From positions 16,556,001-16,620,000 of the forward strand of contig NC_087437.1 in assembly GCF_036321535.1 (NCBI RefSeq): a stretch of DNA of 64,000 bases, given 5' to 3'. Numbering within the stretch: the stretch's first letter is position 1; every line of letters starts with the position of its first letter. This document shows, in pieces, positions 36,201 to 47,673 of this stretch. Origin of the DNA: Camelus dromedarius (lineage: Eukaryota). The notes beneath the pieces are model-generated. The model saw only the letters and a program-made list of their open reading frames with translations. It did no database searches and had not been told where the DNA came from. Made by a program: the position numbers and the translations under genes.

Positions 36201-39200
36201 CAATTCCCTCAAGGAGCTCTGCGCAGAAGGCAGGCAGAGAAGGGGATAGTCCTTGAAGGGGCACACGGCAGGGAAGGGAACTGAAGCAGGACGAGAGACG
36301 GGGAAAGGTTTGAGACACCAAGGCAGTGAACAATCCCACCTGGATGGCTCTCTCCCCCACCTGGGTCCACCTGGAGACCTTGGGGGAGGGGCGGTTGGCT
36401 GGCTGGGGAGCGGGGACAGGTGTTCAGGGGGGCAGCATGGTGCACTGGGAGGGAAGCAGCAAAAATTCCTTGGGCAGAACGGCTCAGACCACTTTCCCTG
36501 TCATTGATCCAGGCTCAGCCCTGCACTCCCTGGAGGTCTCACTGACCCGCACAATCATAAGTCATTGTTCTAATAGCTTTATTAGAAAAAAAAAGGCATT
36601 AAAACCCAGCTTAATGAAGCCAGGACTCAGAAGGCAGCAGGCAGCCCATCCTTATCTCTCACTTCCTTTGGCCCCTTGAGAGACCACCAGAAAATGCTTC
36701 GGTCTTCAGGACTGGGATGATTAACCTCGGACAGAAGTACCGCGAGCCATAAACACATCGCGGGCTTGTTTTGTTCCTTAAAGTCTTCATAATAGGAACA
36801 AGCGTCTCGCAGTAACATGTCATCATGGGGCAAATACAGTCTGGTTGGAGCAAGTGCCTGAAGCCTTCTTCCTCTCAAATCTCTGCCTTGATCAATAAAA
36901 GATCACAACGAGGCGGCTTAGAGCTTAATTATTTACTATTTCTGTGCTTTCGTATAAGAGAAATTTTCTAAAGAAATCAAACTGCCTGCTCCGTGCCATA
37001 TGGAGTCAATATCCTGTGCTCTACGAGGTGTTAATGAATTAATTAATCAACTAATGGCAGCGAAGGTCTTCAGAGACCAGGGAGGCTCAGCTCCCAAAGG
37101 GAACACTTTTCACTCCTATCAGTGATCATTCTCTATTTCCTAAAAACTCAGGATAATTTCTTAGCCAAGAACTCAGAATGCATGTATCTTCAGGGTGGAT
37201 TGTGTTGATATGTTGTCTCTCTGTTTCCTTTTTCTTGTCATTTCCACTTTATAAAGCCAATTCTGAGAGTCCACGGAGAATGGAAACACCTCCTTTCAGC
37301 CAGTCAAGAGGCAACAACTTCCCCTTGGCTGTGGCTTCGTGCTGTGTCTTTTTCCTGCCATTTCTTTTCCCCTTGGGTAGGAGCCACAAGGAGCAGGGAA
37401 ATCCAGGAAATGGAAAGAAAAGAATCATGGAGCCAGGCCCAAAATACTCCACAAACTAAGTTATAAATTCTCAATATAATAATAATAACTAAAGGCAAAG
37501 AGGGTAGTTTAAGGTCTTCTTAAGAGCAGTCAAGGATGCACAAAAAGATCGTTACAGGGTAACAGGAGAAATTAGGACATGCTTTTCAGGAAAAAATGTG
37601 GGGTGGTAGTTGCTATCAAGGAAGACTACAAACCTGATTGGAAGAATTTTTTTAAACTAAGAAATAAAGTAATTGTACATTGGGTGAGATGTAGGTCAAC
37701 TGGAGGCATTAAGGCAGCCTGGCTGATTTTACAAGATTCCCAACACTTTCAGAATTAATAAAAAAAAAAAAAGAAGAAGAAGAGATTAACCTGGTGGGAA
37801 GGGAGATGAAGGGAGATGGCAGGTCTAGATACAAGAGATGAGACATAGAGAAAATTTTGATGGGTCCACACTGGGTGAGATACCAGTGAGAGATGCAGGG
37901 GCAGAAATCTCACTGTGTTTATCTTAAACCCACATATTACTGAACGGTTTCAAAGTGAGGTTCTGGTCCAAGGTGGGATCTGAATGATCACCAAGCTCAT
38001 TTATCAAAGCTGTATCAGTGGTCAGGCTGTAAACAGGTGGTTAAAGTAGCAGAAATGTAATGAGGAGAGTGTGCATTATCTCAGCTCAGCTACCTGAAGG
38101 GGCTGGGGGAGGCAGTGGATGCTCAAGTCCAGAGATGAGATGGAGACAGGCTGCCTGCCAAATGACTGGATGAGGCTTTCCTGCCAGACCAACCCATCAC
38201 ACTGATTCATTCTCTCTCTCTCTTTCTCTCTCTCTGTCTGCTACTGAAAAGAAAACAGAGAAATTGGAAGGGCAAGGGGGACTTCAGCTGCCAGAGCTGA
38301 GAGATGTGATCTTGGCATTGTAATTGGAATTTGGAATGCATTTTTACATAGAAATGTTGATGCAGATGGTGATTGAGACCCATCAGGTGGGCAGGGTGAG
38401 TGTGAAAACAACCAACTCTGGAGCCAGAGAGACGACAGGGTGTTTTTTGTTTTTTTGTTTTTTTTAAACTATATACATGCTGTGTGTCCTTGGGCAAATT
38501 ACTTAAGCTATCTGAATTTTAGTTCCCTTTGACACATGTTGTGAGCATTCAACCATCAAGATAACATATATAAAGGTGGAGTAAAGGTCAGGCACACAGG
38601 AGGGGCTCAGCAATGTTTCATTATTAGTGCGGTGAGTAAACCACAAGGCTGCAGCACGTTATGGAATATGTGGGTTTTTGGAACTCAACCACCGTTGTTT
38701 CTTTCCCTAAGAAAAAGCATTCTGAGTTCAAGCAACCCACTTAAAAAAAGTTATACTCCCAAATTAATTTACAAATTGGGCACTGTCTGTTCTTGTTTTT
38801 TAGCATCCTGTGCAGATCTAAAATCACTTGATACATTGCAGAACATAAAATGTATTATGTATAACTTGGTTGCTCATAAAATTATCATGTTCGATATATT
38901 TAGAGATGTGAGGAATGGGGAAGAAAAGAAATTCAGAAATATGTGGGGGATTTATTTTCCTGGGGTTTTTTTTGTTCTTTTGGTTTTTTTTTGTTTGTTT
39001 GTTTGTTTTTTGTTTTTTTTTTTTTAGTTTGGGGAAGAAAAAGCAAAAAGTTCTAAGAAATACAAATTCTTCTCTTCCTTACAGTGACCTGACTCCCCTC
39101 TCCCAGGCAAGGAGAATCCTGCAGCAGGAGTCAGAGGACCAGACAAGTAGACAAGCGAAAATGGGCCACTGTGAATTGCTCTGCCGAAGATCCCAAGTCC

Positions 39201-39431
39201 TTGTCACTCCTCTGAGGTTTCATGAGTCTCTGACTTCACTCTAAAGGAAGAATGAATCTGATATTTATCAAGTCGCTGCTTTAAAGGTGTTCTTTTCTGA
39301 GCCATTGAGTTCAAGGAAAGTTTGGAGAACCCCTGTCCCATACGTGTCCTCAGAGAGGGCCAGCTGTTGTGGGATCTATGTGGATGCCTAAGCTTGCAAG
39401 CAACAACTACCTGTCAAGAAATAAGTCTTCA

Positions 39432-40757
39432 GACAAGACACGATAAACCTGCTAGAAGAAGACATTCTCTGACATAAGTCTTAGCAATGTTCTCCTAGGG
39501 CAGTCTACCCAGGCAATACAAATAAAAGCAAAAATTAACAAATGGGACCTAATTAAACTTACAAGCTTTTGCACAGCAAAGGAAACCATAAGCAAAACAA
39601 AACAACAACTTAACTCAATGGGAGAAAATATTTGCAAATGATGCGACTGACAAAGGCTCAATTTCCAGATTATATTAACAGCTCATACAACCTAATAACA
39701 AAAAAACAAATAACCCAATCCAAAAATGGGCAGAAGACCTAAACAAGCAATTCTCCAAAGAAGACATACAAATGGCCAATAGGCACATGAAAAAAATGCT
39801 CAATATCACTAATTATCAGAGAAATGCAAATCAAAACTACAATGAGGTATCACCTCACACCAGTCAGAATGGCCATCATTCAATAGTCTGCAAATGATAA
39901 ATGCTAGAGAGGGTGTGGAGAAAAGGGAACCCTCTACACTGCTAGTTTGGAATGCAGTTTGGTGCAGCCTCTACGGAAAACAGTAAGGAGATTCCTCAAA
40001 AACTAAAAATAGACTTACTCTATGATCCATCAATCCCACTCCTGGTATATATCTGGAGGGAACCTAATTTGAAAAGATACATGATCATAGCAGCACTATT
40101 TACAGTAGCCATGACATGGAAGCAAGCTAAATGTCCATCAACAGATGACTGGATAAAGAAGTTGTGGTATATTTATACAATGGAATACTACTCAGCCATA
40201 AAAAAGAATAAAATAATGCCATTTGCAGCAACATGGATGGACCTAGAGACTGTCATTCTAAGTGAAGTAAGCCAGAAAGAGAAAGAAAATGATATGATAC
40301 CCACTCATATATGGAATCTAAAAAAAGAAAAAAGAGGACACTAATGAACTAATCTACAAAACAGAAACAGACTCGCAGACATAGTAAACAATATTATGGC
40401 TGCTGGGAAAAGGGGTAGGAAGGGATAAATTTGGGAGTTTGAGATTTATTTAACTACTGGATTAAAAAAAAACAAGTTTCTTCTGTATAGCACAGGGAAC
40501 TATATTCAATATCTTGTAATAACCTTTAATGAAAAAGAATATGGAAATGAGTATTTGTATGTATATACATGGCTGGGACATTGTGCTGTACACCAGAAAC
40601 TGACACATTATAACTGACAGTACTTCAATATAAATAAATAAACAAATAACTAAGTTTGATGCAAATTGCAGCCTGGGAGAAAAAAAAATAGTATGCTCAA
40701 ATAAAAATCAGAAAATAATTTATGTTAAGTAATTAATATATCACCAAAAAAAAAAAA
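39432..40757 (+). mobile_element. 5'-truncated L1 (ORF2 C-terminus, 3' UTR) with extra 3' sequence and poly(A)
   Basis: Frame 39952-40344 has IIAALFTVAMTWKQAKCPSTDDWIKKLWYIYTMEYYSAIKKNKIMPFAATWMDLETVILSEVSQ; near-identical 16-bp TSD AAGAAATAAGTCTTCA (39416-39431) / AAGAATAAAGTCTTCA (40756-40771). Confidence 0.95.
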
Positions 40758-40829
40758 GAATAAAGTCTTCATAAAAGAGGGTGAGGAGAGGAAAGAGGAA
40801 AGAAAGGGGAGGCAAAGATGGTGACTATA

Positions 40830-41360
40830 TGTCAGTTTAGAATCCTTTCAGCTACATGTAATAGGAGACACAACTCAAAAAGGCTTTTGAATAAATAAGA
40901 GAAAATTAAATAAGAGCACTTACATCACATAACATGAAGTGTGGAACTGGGGCATATTCAGTTTCATTCAGTGGCTCAGTCTGGTCACTGAGGAGCCAGG
41001 TTCTTTCTACCTTTGGGCTCTGCCCTTCTCAGCTTTTTGCTTGTCCCTTTGTCTTCAAGCTTGAAGTCTCATGGTGACAAGATGGCTGCCGCAGCTCCAA
41101 ACATCATGTCTCCACACAAAAATGTCCAAAGGCCTAGAGAGAACATCCTTTTCTTGTATCTCTTCTTAAAAGCAAGGAAAACATTTCCAAAACATCACCA
41201 TCTTCACTTCACTTCTACCTCATTGGCCAGAATTCTGTCACTGGTAGCAGGACATTATTAACGTGGTTGATTTGTTATAATAAAGATTTATCTCCCGGGG
41301 CTGAGAATGGGCCCAGAGAGTGACAGCTGGACACTTGAACAAAATCATTTCTGTTAGTGG
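40830..41360 (-). mobile_element. Old MaLR LTR (MLT1K/L-like)
   Basis: tgtcagtttagaatcctttcagctacatgtaatagg...tcatggtgacaagatggctgccgcagctccaaacatcatgtc...ctcattggccagaattctgtcac. Confidence 0.7.
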
Positions 41361-41421
41361 GCAAGGGATGCATGTGGAACCACTCCCAAGTAATCCAAGC
41401 ATATCAAGAAAGCTAGGGAAA

Positions 41422-41539
41422 CATGGGGAATGTAGCCAATATTTTGTAATAACTGTAAATGGAGTGTAACTTTCAAAAAAATTGTATTAAAATTTAATCA
41501 AAAAAGTTTTTAATAATTTTAAAATTTGGAAAAAAAAAG
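41422..41539 (+). mobile_element. Very short L1 3'-UTR-type retro-insertion with A-rich tail
   Basis: catggggaatgtagccaatattttgtaataactgtaaatggagtgtaac plus A-rich tail, between AGAAAGCTAGGGAAA (41407-41421) and AGAAAGCCGGGGAAA (41540-41554). Confidence 0.75.
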
Positions 41540-42543
41540 AGAAAGCCGGGGAAAGATGACACTCCCCTGTTGGAGCATGGCTCCTTCTGGACTGTCACTG
41601 CAGAGGAACAAAACTCTTTCTGAAATGTTCATTCAGGGCAGGAGACCACAGTGGGAAATGAATCTTCACAAGCCAGTCCCTCAGACACTGTCGCAGGTAG
41701 TGTATGATCTGAGGGTCTCATTTAGCTTGAAAGATGCTGTTCCTGGGTTTTTCCAGTCTCCATCACTTCAGGCCAAAAGGTCTGAGAGCTTTTAAGGACC
41801 AGTGGACAATATTTTTTTCTCCATAATCAAAAATAAAGATTCAGCCATTTCAGAGGCATTTCTTATTAAAGTCTGAACTCATTCTTCCCCATGTCTCTCA
41901 GAGCCATTAAATCCTCGGAGATGAGGCACTGGATGATAACTACCTTCTCTGGATGGTTTCTGATGTCACTGGCAGAAGCAATCCTGGACTTCCAGGCACT
42001 CTGTTCATTACTCTGATAGGCAGCATTTTTAAGACTAATTCATTAGGATGATATTTCATATTACATTAGAGAATGCACTCTATAATCCAAATGTGAAGGC
42101 GATGAAGATTTCTCCTCCTCTCTTTTACCTGCTGCTGTGAAATGAAAGGGCGCCATCGACCTGTAAAGGGCAACAACCTCATTCACTTTAATAACCTCTA
42201 CCCTTTTGCCTGTGATGTGTTCATTCTAAACCAGGGGAGAAGAATTTATGGGACCACTCAGGTTCTAGTCTACCATCACCGTTAGCAGGCTTAATTAATC
42301 TCCGAGATAATCATTCTTGTTTCTTAAAAACAGGCCAAGTTAATTGGCCAGAGGATCGCTTACAAATTCTCTCTCCCTTCAGATGTTCTACAAGTTTCTG
42401 AAAAGCGCCCCTTAGCATGAAAATGATGCTCTGAGGTTTCCCAGCTGGTGGAGGTTTGCAAAAGACTCTAAAAGGTGGCATATACTTAGATTAATTTTCT
42501 TTACAGTTTTAGATGAGTACAATTTTGTTTTAGGAGACTAAGG

Positions 42544-43204
42544 TTTTTTTTTTTTAATTGAAGCATACTCAGTTACAATGTGTCAATTTCTGGTGTACAG
42601 CACAATGTCCCAGTCATGCATATACATACAATATATATTCATTTTCATTTTCTTTTTCATTAAAGATTATTACAAGATATTGAATATAGTTCCCTCTGCT
42701 ATACAAAAGAAATTTGTTGTTTATCAATTTTTATATACAGTGGTTAACATTTGCAAATCTCAAACTCCCAAATTTACCCCTTCCCCTCTTCCCCCAGTAA
42801 CCATAAGATTTTTTATGTCTGTGAGTCTGTTTCTGTTTTGTAGATGAGTTCATTAGTGTCCTCTTTTTTCTTTTTCTTTTTTTTTTTTTCACTATTACAC
42901 AGTGATATCATACGGTGTTTCTCTTTCTGGCTTACTTCACTTAGAATGACAATCTCTAGGTCCATCCATATTACTACAAATGCCATTATTTTATTCTTTT
43001 TAATCTCCGAATAGTATTCCATTGTATAAATATATCACAACTTCTTTATCCAGTCATCTGTCAATGGACATTTACGTTGTTTCCATGTCTTGTCTATTGT
43101 AAATAGTGCTGCTATGAACATTGGGGTGCATGTATCTTTTTGTATTAGAGTTCCCTCCGGACATATGCCCAGGAGTGGGATTGCTGGATCATATGGTAAG
43201 TCTA
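42544..43204 (-). mobile_element. 5'-truncated L1 (ORF2 end plus 3' UTR)
   Basis: Poly(T) at 42544; minus frame MEYYSEIKKNKIMAFVVIWMDLEIVILSEVSQKEK; CTAAGG on both flanks. Confidence 0.95.
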
Positions 43205-44459
43205 AGGATTGTTCAGAGAGGGGAAGGGTACCAAGGAGCCAGCCATCAGCACCCCAGCTAGTCAGAAAGGTGGAGGAGAGCTGTGGTCAACATGGCACCA
43301 TGCCAAAGGCACCAGAAGACCCTTCCCGATATTTCTGCCTGCTCTAAAGTGCTGTAATTGTCTTCTGTGTGAAGAGTCATCTTTTCCAAAAACGTAGCTA
43401 AGGTTCAAAGAATGTTCTCCAAGAGATATAACACTCCAAATAATGTAAATTAACACGAGGGTGTAACTGACCATTAATGGGTTCTTCCATTCAAACAGAT
43501 TTTCATTGTAGAAAAGGAGCTTCTAGGAAGGAGACAAGGACATAAAAACAGGAATTGAAGGAGATAACAAGTTTTCCTGAACCCCACCATGGCAGCCTGG
43601 CCTGTCCCTTGCAAGACTGAAGACAGGTCAAGCAAAACTGCTCTAGTAAATAAAGCAAGAAGTCCGGATAAAATCCTTTTTCATATTAAGTGAAAAACTT
43701 TCCTGTGACATGCCTAGAGACAGAGCGATCTGGCATGGCCATGCCCCTCTGCTCCTGGGTCATCCCCCAATGATGTGACCTGCTAGTCCAGGCCTTTTCT
43801 GGTCCATTGCATGCCCACTGCCCTCTTCATAGTCTCTGGGCCCAGGGTGGAAAATTGGTTTCATCCTATGTGCCAACTCCAACAGCTTGGTAGTGGCTCC
43901 ATGGAGTGTATCAAGAATTGAACAGTGTCTGAGGTTTTCTCTTTCTTGCAAGTTAATAAGTTAGCTTTCCACAGGTTTATGGAAGCTAGTAGAAAACTCC
44001 TGGGTCAGAGAGGAAGGATCATTTTACACCAGTTCCCCAAGCCTCAGTTTCCACAGGGTGACATAAAGGGGGCCAGGTGGCCACTGCACACACAATTGGC
44101 TGCATTACAGAAGAGGAACCCTGAGCTTAGGGAACCCAAATCTTTTATAATGAATGTAAGTATGCTTGGTTCTTTGCTCTGGAGAGAGACACTATCTCCT
44201 CCATTTTCCAAGAATGTAAGCAAATCTAACATTTGCTTGGAAGGAGACACTGTATCTTCCAAGACTGGCCACTATACAAGCATCCTTGAAAAGATAGTCC
44301 AGAACAAAGGGCAGTGAGTGTCTTGCTCAGGAGACATGCAAGAGGCCCATTGAAGACTGTCTCAGAACAGTAGCCCTCATTTACACAGCGTCTTGTCTTC
44401 TGGAGAATCTTCCCCACTCTGTTGGTCACTCCAATCAATCAGACAAAATGAGGCCGATT

Positions 44460-44900
44460 CCAAATCCATTCCATTTGTCTCATACAGCCTTTGATTAAGG
44501 CCAGTATCAATAAGACTCCAAGTAACAGACCCGGTTAGCTGAACAAATCCCATAAACCAGCAGGGTCTGCCTTAGAGAACCAGGTGGCTTTCTCCTTAAG
44601 CTTTTGTGTTAACCTTTCAACTTGGGTCAAGATATTGATCCAGGCATAGAAGGGTAATGATTGCACTGACTCTATATTGGCCCACAAGGAGAAAGACTAA
44701 AGCAATTCTACCAATAATAACAACCCTGGCCAACAGGTTGACTCTAACCTAAATGCTTTCCAGGACAAGGATAGTGTCACTCACCACTTGAGCTAATGTC
44801 AGGGATGGGTTTCATCCCGCCTTTTTGTTGGACTCCCATCCTAGGAATAACTGCCTGCAAGGTATGCATAAATAACCAGTCCGTTATCCTCTTGGAAGCT
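44460..44900 (-). pseudogene. Decayed retroviral envelope TM subunit
   Basis: Minus-strand translation: DWLFMHTLQAVIPRMGVQQ / SLTLAQVVSDTILVLESI*VRVNLLARVVIIGRIALVFLLVGQYRVSAII / YAWINILTQVERLTQKLKEKATWFSKADPAGLWDLFS*PGLLLGVLLILALIKGC; follows fusion peptide, heptad, ISD (LAxVVxxNRxALDFLLAxQGGVC), WIN motif, membrane anchor; contains stops and frameshifts. Confidence 0.8.
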
Positions 44901-45267
44901 TCCCAAGTGACCTAGGGTAGCTTTCCTATGGAGAAATCACCACAGTTGTTTGAGGGTTACATTATCTATTGGTGACATTTCCTTAAACATTTGAAAATCT
45001 CTTACGACCACCCCTAAGGTAAAAATCTGAGTCCAGTAAAGTGCTGGGCCTTCTCTTTAATGATGGGAGGCTGAAGAGACAGCAATTGTTCCTTGACCAT
45101 TCCCCTGGACAGAGAGATTGAGCACTGCGAATCTGCCAACACAGAGCCAAGAATCTTTATTTTGGAGGATCCCCCTGAATTTTTCAAGGATCACCAGCCA
45201 CTCCTGCTGGAAGAGATGTGATAACCCTGAAGTCTGGACCCTTGAGTCAGAACTCTGACTTGCCAAC

Positions 45268-45669
45268 TGTGTTAGCCTATTAGGGCTGACATAGCAAAAT
45301 ACCACAGACTGGGTGGCATGAAGAACAGAAATATATTTTCTTACCTTTTTGGAGGCTGGAAGTCGAAGAACAAGGTGTTGGCAGGTTTGCTTTCTCCTGA
45401 GGCCTCTCTCCATGCCTTGCAAATGGCCACCTTTTTACCTGTCTCCATGTGTTGTTTTTTGTTTTTGTTTTTGTTTTTTCTGTGTACCCTGACCCATAGG
45501 GCCTCTTCCTCTTCTTATAAGGACACCAGTCCTACTGGATCAGAGTCACACCTTTATGCCTCATTTAACCTTAATTGCCTCTTTAAAGGCCCTATCTCTA
45601 AACACCATCACATTGGAGGTTAAAGCATTAACGTGTGAACTTAAGGGGAACACAGTTCCATCTATAATA
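45268..45669 (-). mobile_element. MaLR solo LTR (MLT1A-like) nested in the provirus
   Basis: tgtgttagcctattagggctgacatagcaaaataccacagactgggtggc...ttataaggacaccagtcctactggatcagag; perfect 5-bp TSD CCAAC at 45263-45267 and 45670-45674. Confidence 0.9.
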
Positions 45670-45900
45670 CCAACCAAATAGTGAAAGCTGTGGACATGAA
45701 AGGGTAGAGGCACACTCGCTAAATTCTGGCAGCAGGAGTTTGATATACCTTGGGGAAAGGAGACCTAGCCATGGTAATATGAGATGATCTTAATTCTCAG
45801 ATGTCAGTGGTACAAAAAAGAAAGTTTTGACAACGTCCAAGACAACATACCAAGGGCCAAGTCTGTGTAATGAACAGCTGGCTCTAGGTGCCTTTCCTCT

Positions 45901-45960
45901 GAGCAGGATAGTGACTTGGGCACTCGTATTTCACAAAGTCATAAAAAGCTGAGTCCCTCC
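45901..45960 (-). pseudogene. Decayed retroviral aspartic protease active-site region
   Basis: Minus-strand translation GGTQLFMTL*NTSAQVTILL resembles FxALLDTGAQVTI; position between PBS/gag and env is as expected. Confidence 0.55.
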
Positions 45961-46007
45961 CCTTCCTGAAGTTACCCAGCTTGCTCAGATGGGTGTGTAT
46001 GACCTTT

Positions 46008-46130
46008 TCCTGAGTGGGGAGATGTAATTAGGTTTGTTTGTTTGTTTTTAATGGAGGCACTGGGGATTGAACCCAGGACCTCATGCTTGCTAAGCATGCA
46101 CTCTACCACTGAGCTATACTCTCCCCTCCA
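46008..46130 (-). mobile_element. tRNA-Ala-derived SINE (Vic-1-like) nested in the provirus
   Basis: Reverse complement ggggagagtatagctcagtggtagagtgcatgcttagcaagcatgaggtcctgggttcaatccccagtgcctcca; 14-bp TSD TGTGT(A/G)TGACCTTT at 45994-46007 and 46131-46144. Confidence 0.9.
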
Positions 46131-46530
46131 TGTGTGTGACCTTTGATCCCCCTTGAAGACAGAGATTTCAGCCCTACCTTTAATCATATTTCTCTATGAA
46201 GGAGCTGAGGTCAGGGTAGCTAGGAGAGGGGCTATGAAGGGATAGAATGGCTCCATCCATTAAACAAGCTTTCTCACTTACTTTAGATTCTAAGCATCAT
46301 GGTGGCAGCTCCTGGCTCCTCCAAACAAACTTCCAATGGTTTCTGCCCACCTAACACTCTTGTGTCAGGCAGCAAGGTCCTCATGGCTGACACCATCTGT
46401 CTCAGTATTAGAAACCCCCTCACTGAAAGGCTTCTAGAGCCACGGGGTTTGCACCCCCTTGCTGACTCAGTCTCGGCTAGCCCAGAAGCATCCTTCTTTG
46501 AGGACAACACCTTCACCAGAGGCATCTGAT

Positions 46531-46748
46531 ATGGGGTCAGCAAACGACTGTGGATCACATCCAGCCTGCTGTCTGCTTTGGTAAATAAGCTTTTATTGGA
46601 ACAAAGTCACATCTGTTTGTTTACATGTGGCCCGTGGCTCCTTTTGTGCTCCAGTGAAAGAGTGGAGTAGTTAGAGCACACGTTTTAGGCCACAAAGCCT
46701 AAAACGTGTACTGTTGGGCCCTTCACAGAAAAGGTTTGCTCATCGCTG
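46531..46748 (+). mobile_element. MER58A-like hAT MITE nested in the provirus
   Basis: ggggtcagcaaac...gtaaataagcttttattggaaca...ggccacaaagcctaaaa...ggcccttcacagaaaaggtttgct. Confidence 0.8.
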
Positions 46749-47655
46749 TGTGTAACATCCTTTAAGGTCTTGTGCAGTTTCAACAAAAGGTCTAAGGACA
46801 ATTTTCCCATGTGCTTGGGCTGGTCACAAGAATCTAGCTAGATTTCTCCGGTTCAATTTTTCATTCTCCTTCATCTTCATAGCATTGTAAACCCAAAGCT
46901 CGGCATTAAGAGCCTAAATACACATCAATGTCTCAACTATGGTTTCCCACAGCAATTTGTCTTTTTCAGGGAAATCTCCCTAAAAGGGCCAAAGCTCCCT
47001 TATAGCAGCTGGAAACCACTGCAAAAAACAAACAAACAAACCAAAAAAAGGAAAAAACAACACACAAAAATAAAAACAAAAAACCAAGTCTGAGACCTTT
47101 CACTCTTGTTTCCAGTGACTCTAAGTTTGACATCAAGCCTGCAGGAGAGGTTGAACCATAAGAGTCTTAGCTGTTGCCATTCTTCCTAATACACACCAAC
47201 TCTCAGACCAAGTAACCAGCCGAAGTTTTAATGATTTCTGCCCACAGCAGTGACAAATTTCCCTCCTCCCTTGCTTGGTGTAGATGGGCATCTCTGTAAG
47301 TGTTGTCTGAAAGGAATGAACCCTCTCCCCGCTCAAAGCAGACCTTAGTCCTAGCTATTAAATGGGGTGGACTGGAGGCTGACCGCTGGATTGGTGACAA
47401 AGTCCTGGGGGAGAATTAGCACAACCAGGCACCGTTAGAGTTGCTGTCTTTGAACTTATTTCCCGGTACTCAGTCTGCAACCACCTCCCCAATTTCTCCT
47501 CACTAATGAAATGTAGAATGGAAGACTATTATCCACCCAACCATACAATTTAAGTGGACATGTTTGCCGCCAATTCCATGGACTTTCTTCAGGTCTCATT
47601 CTTAAACCCATACGACTGTCATCTTTGCTCTTCCAGAAAACCATGTTTCTGGAGC

Positions 47656-47673
47656 ATCCCGTCCTCATCACCA
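47656..47673 (-). other. Retroviral primer-binding site, tRNA-Ser(GCU)-like
   Basis: Minus strand TGGTGATGAGGACGGGAT, 4 nt after the LTR end (TGACA); 15/18 match to TGGCGACGAGGATGGGAT (complement of mammalian tRNA-Ser-GCU 3' end as I recall it); two differences are CpG transitions. Confidence 0.7.

Noticed and set aside
39952..40344. 130-aa ORF with clearly protein-like sequence
   Set aside because: It is the C-terminus of L1 ORF2p in a truncated, frameshifted copy, not a host gene
44460..44900. Domesticated env (syncytin-like) gene
   Set aside because: In-frame stops, frameshifts, lost cysteines and no recognisable intact SU
46050..46125. Functional tRNA-Ala(AGC) gene (intact anticodon stem CATGC-TTAGCAA-GCATG and G3:U70)
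   Set aside because: Acceptor stem has A:C mismatches and the sequence carries a SINE 3' segment and TSD; the copies at 12282, 32727 and 56955 have broken or missing arms
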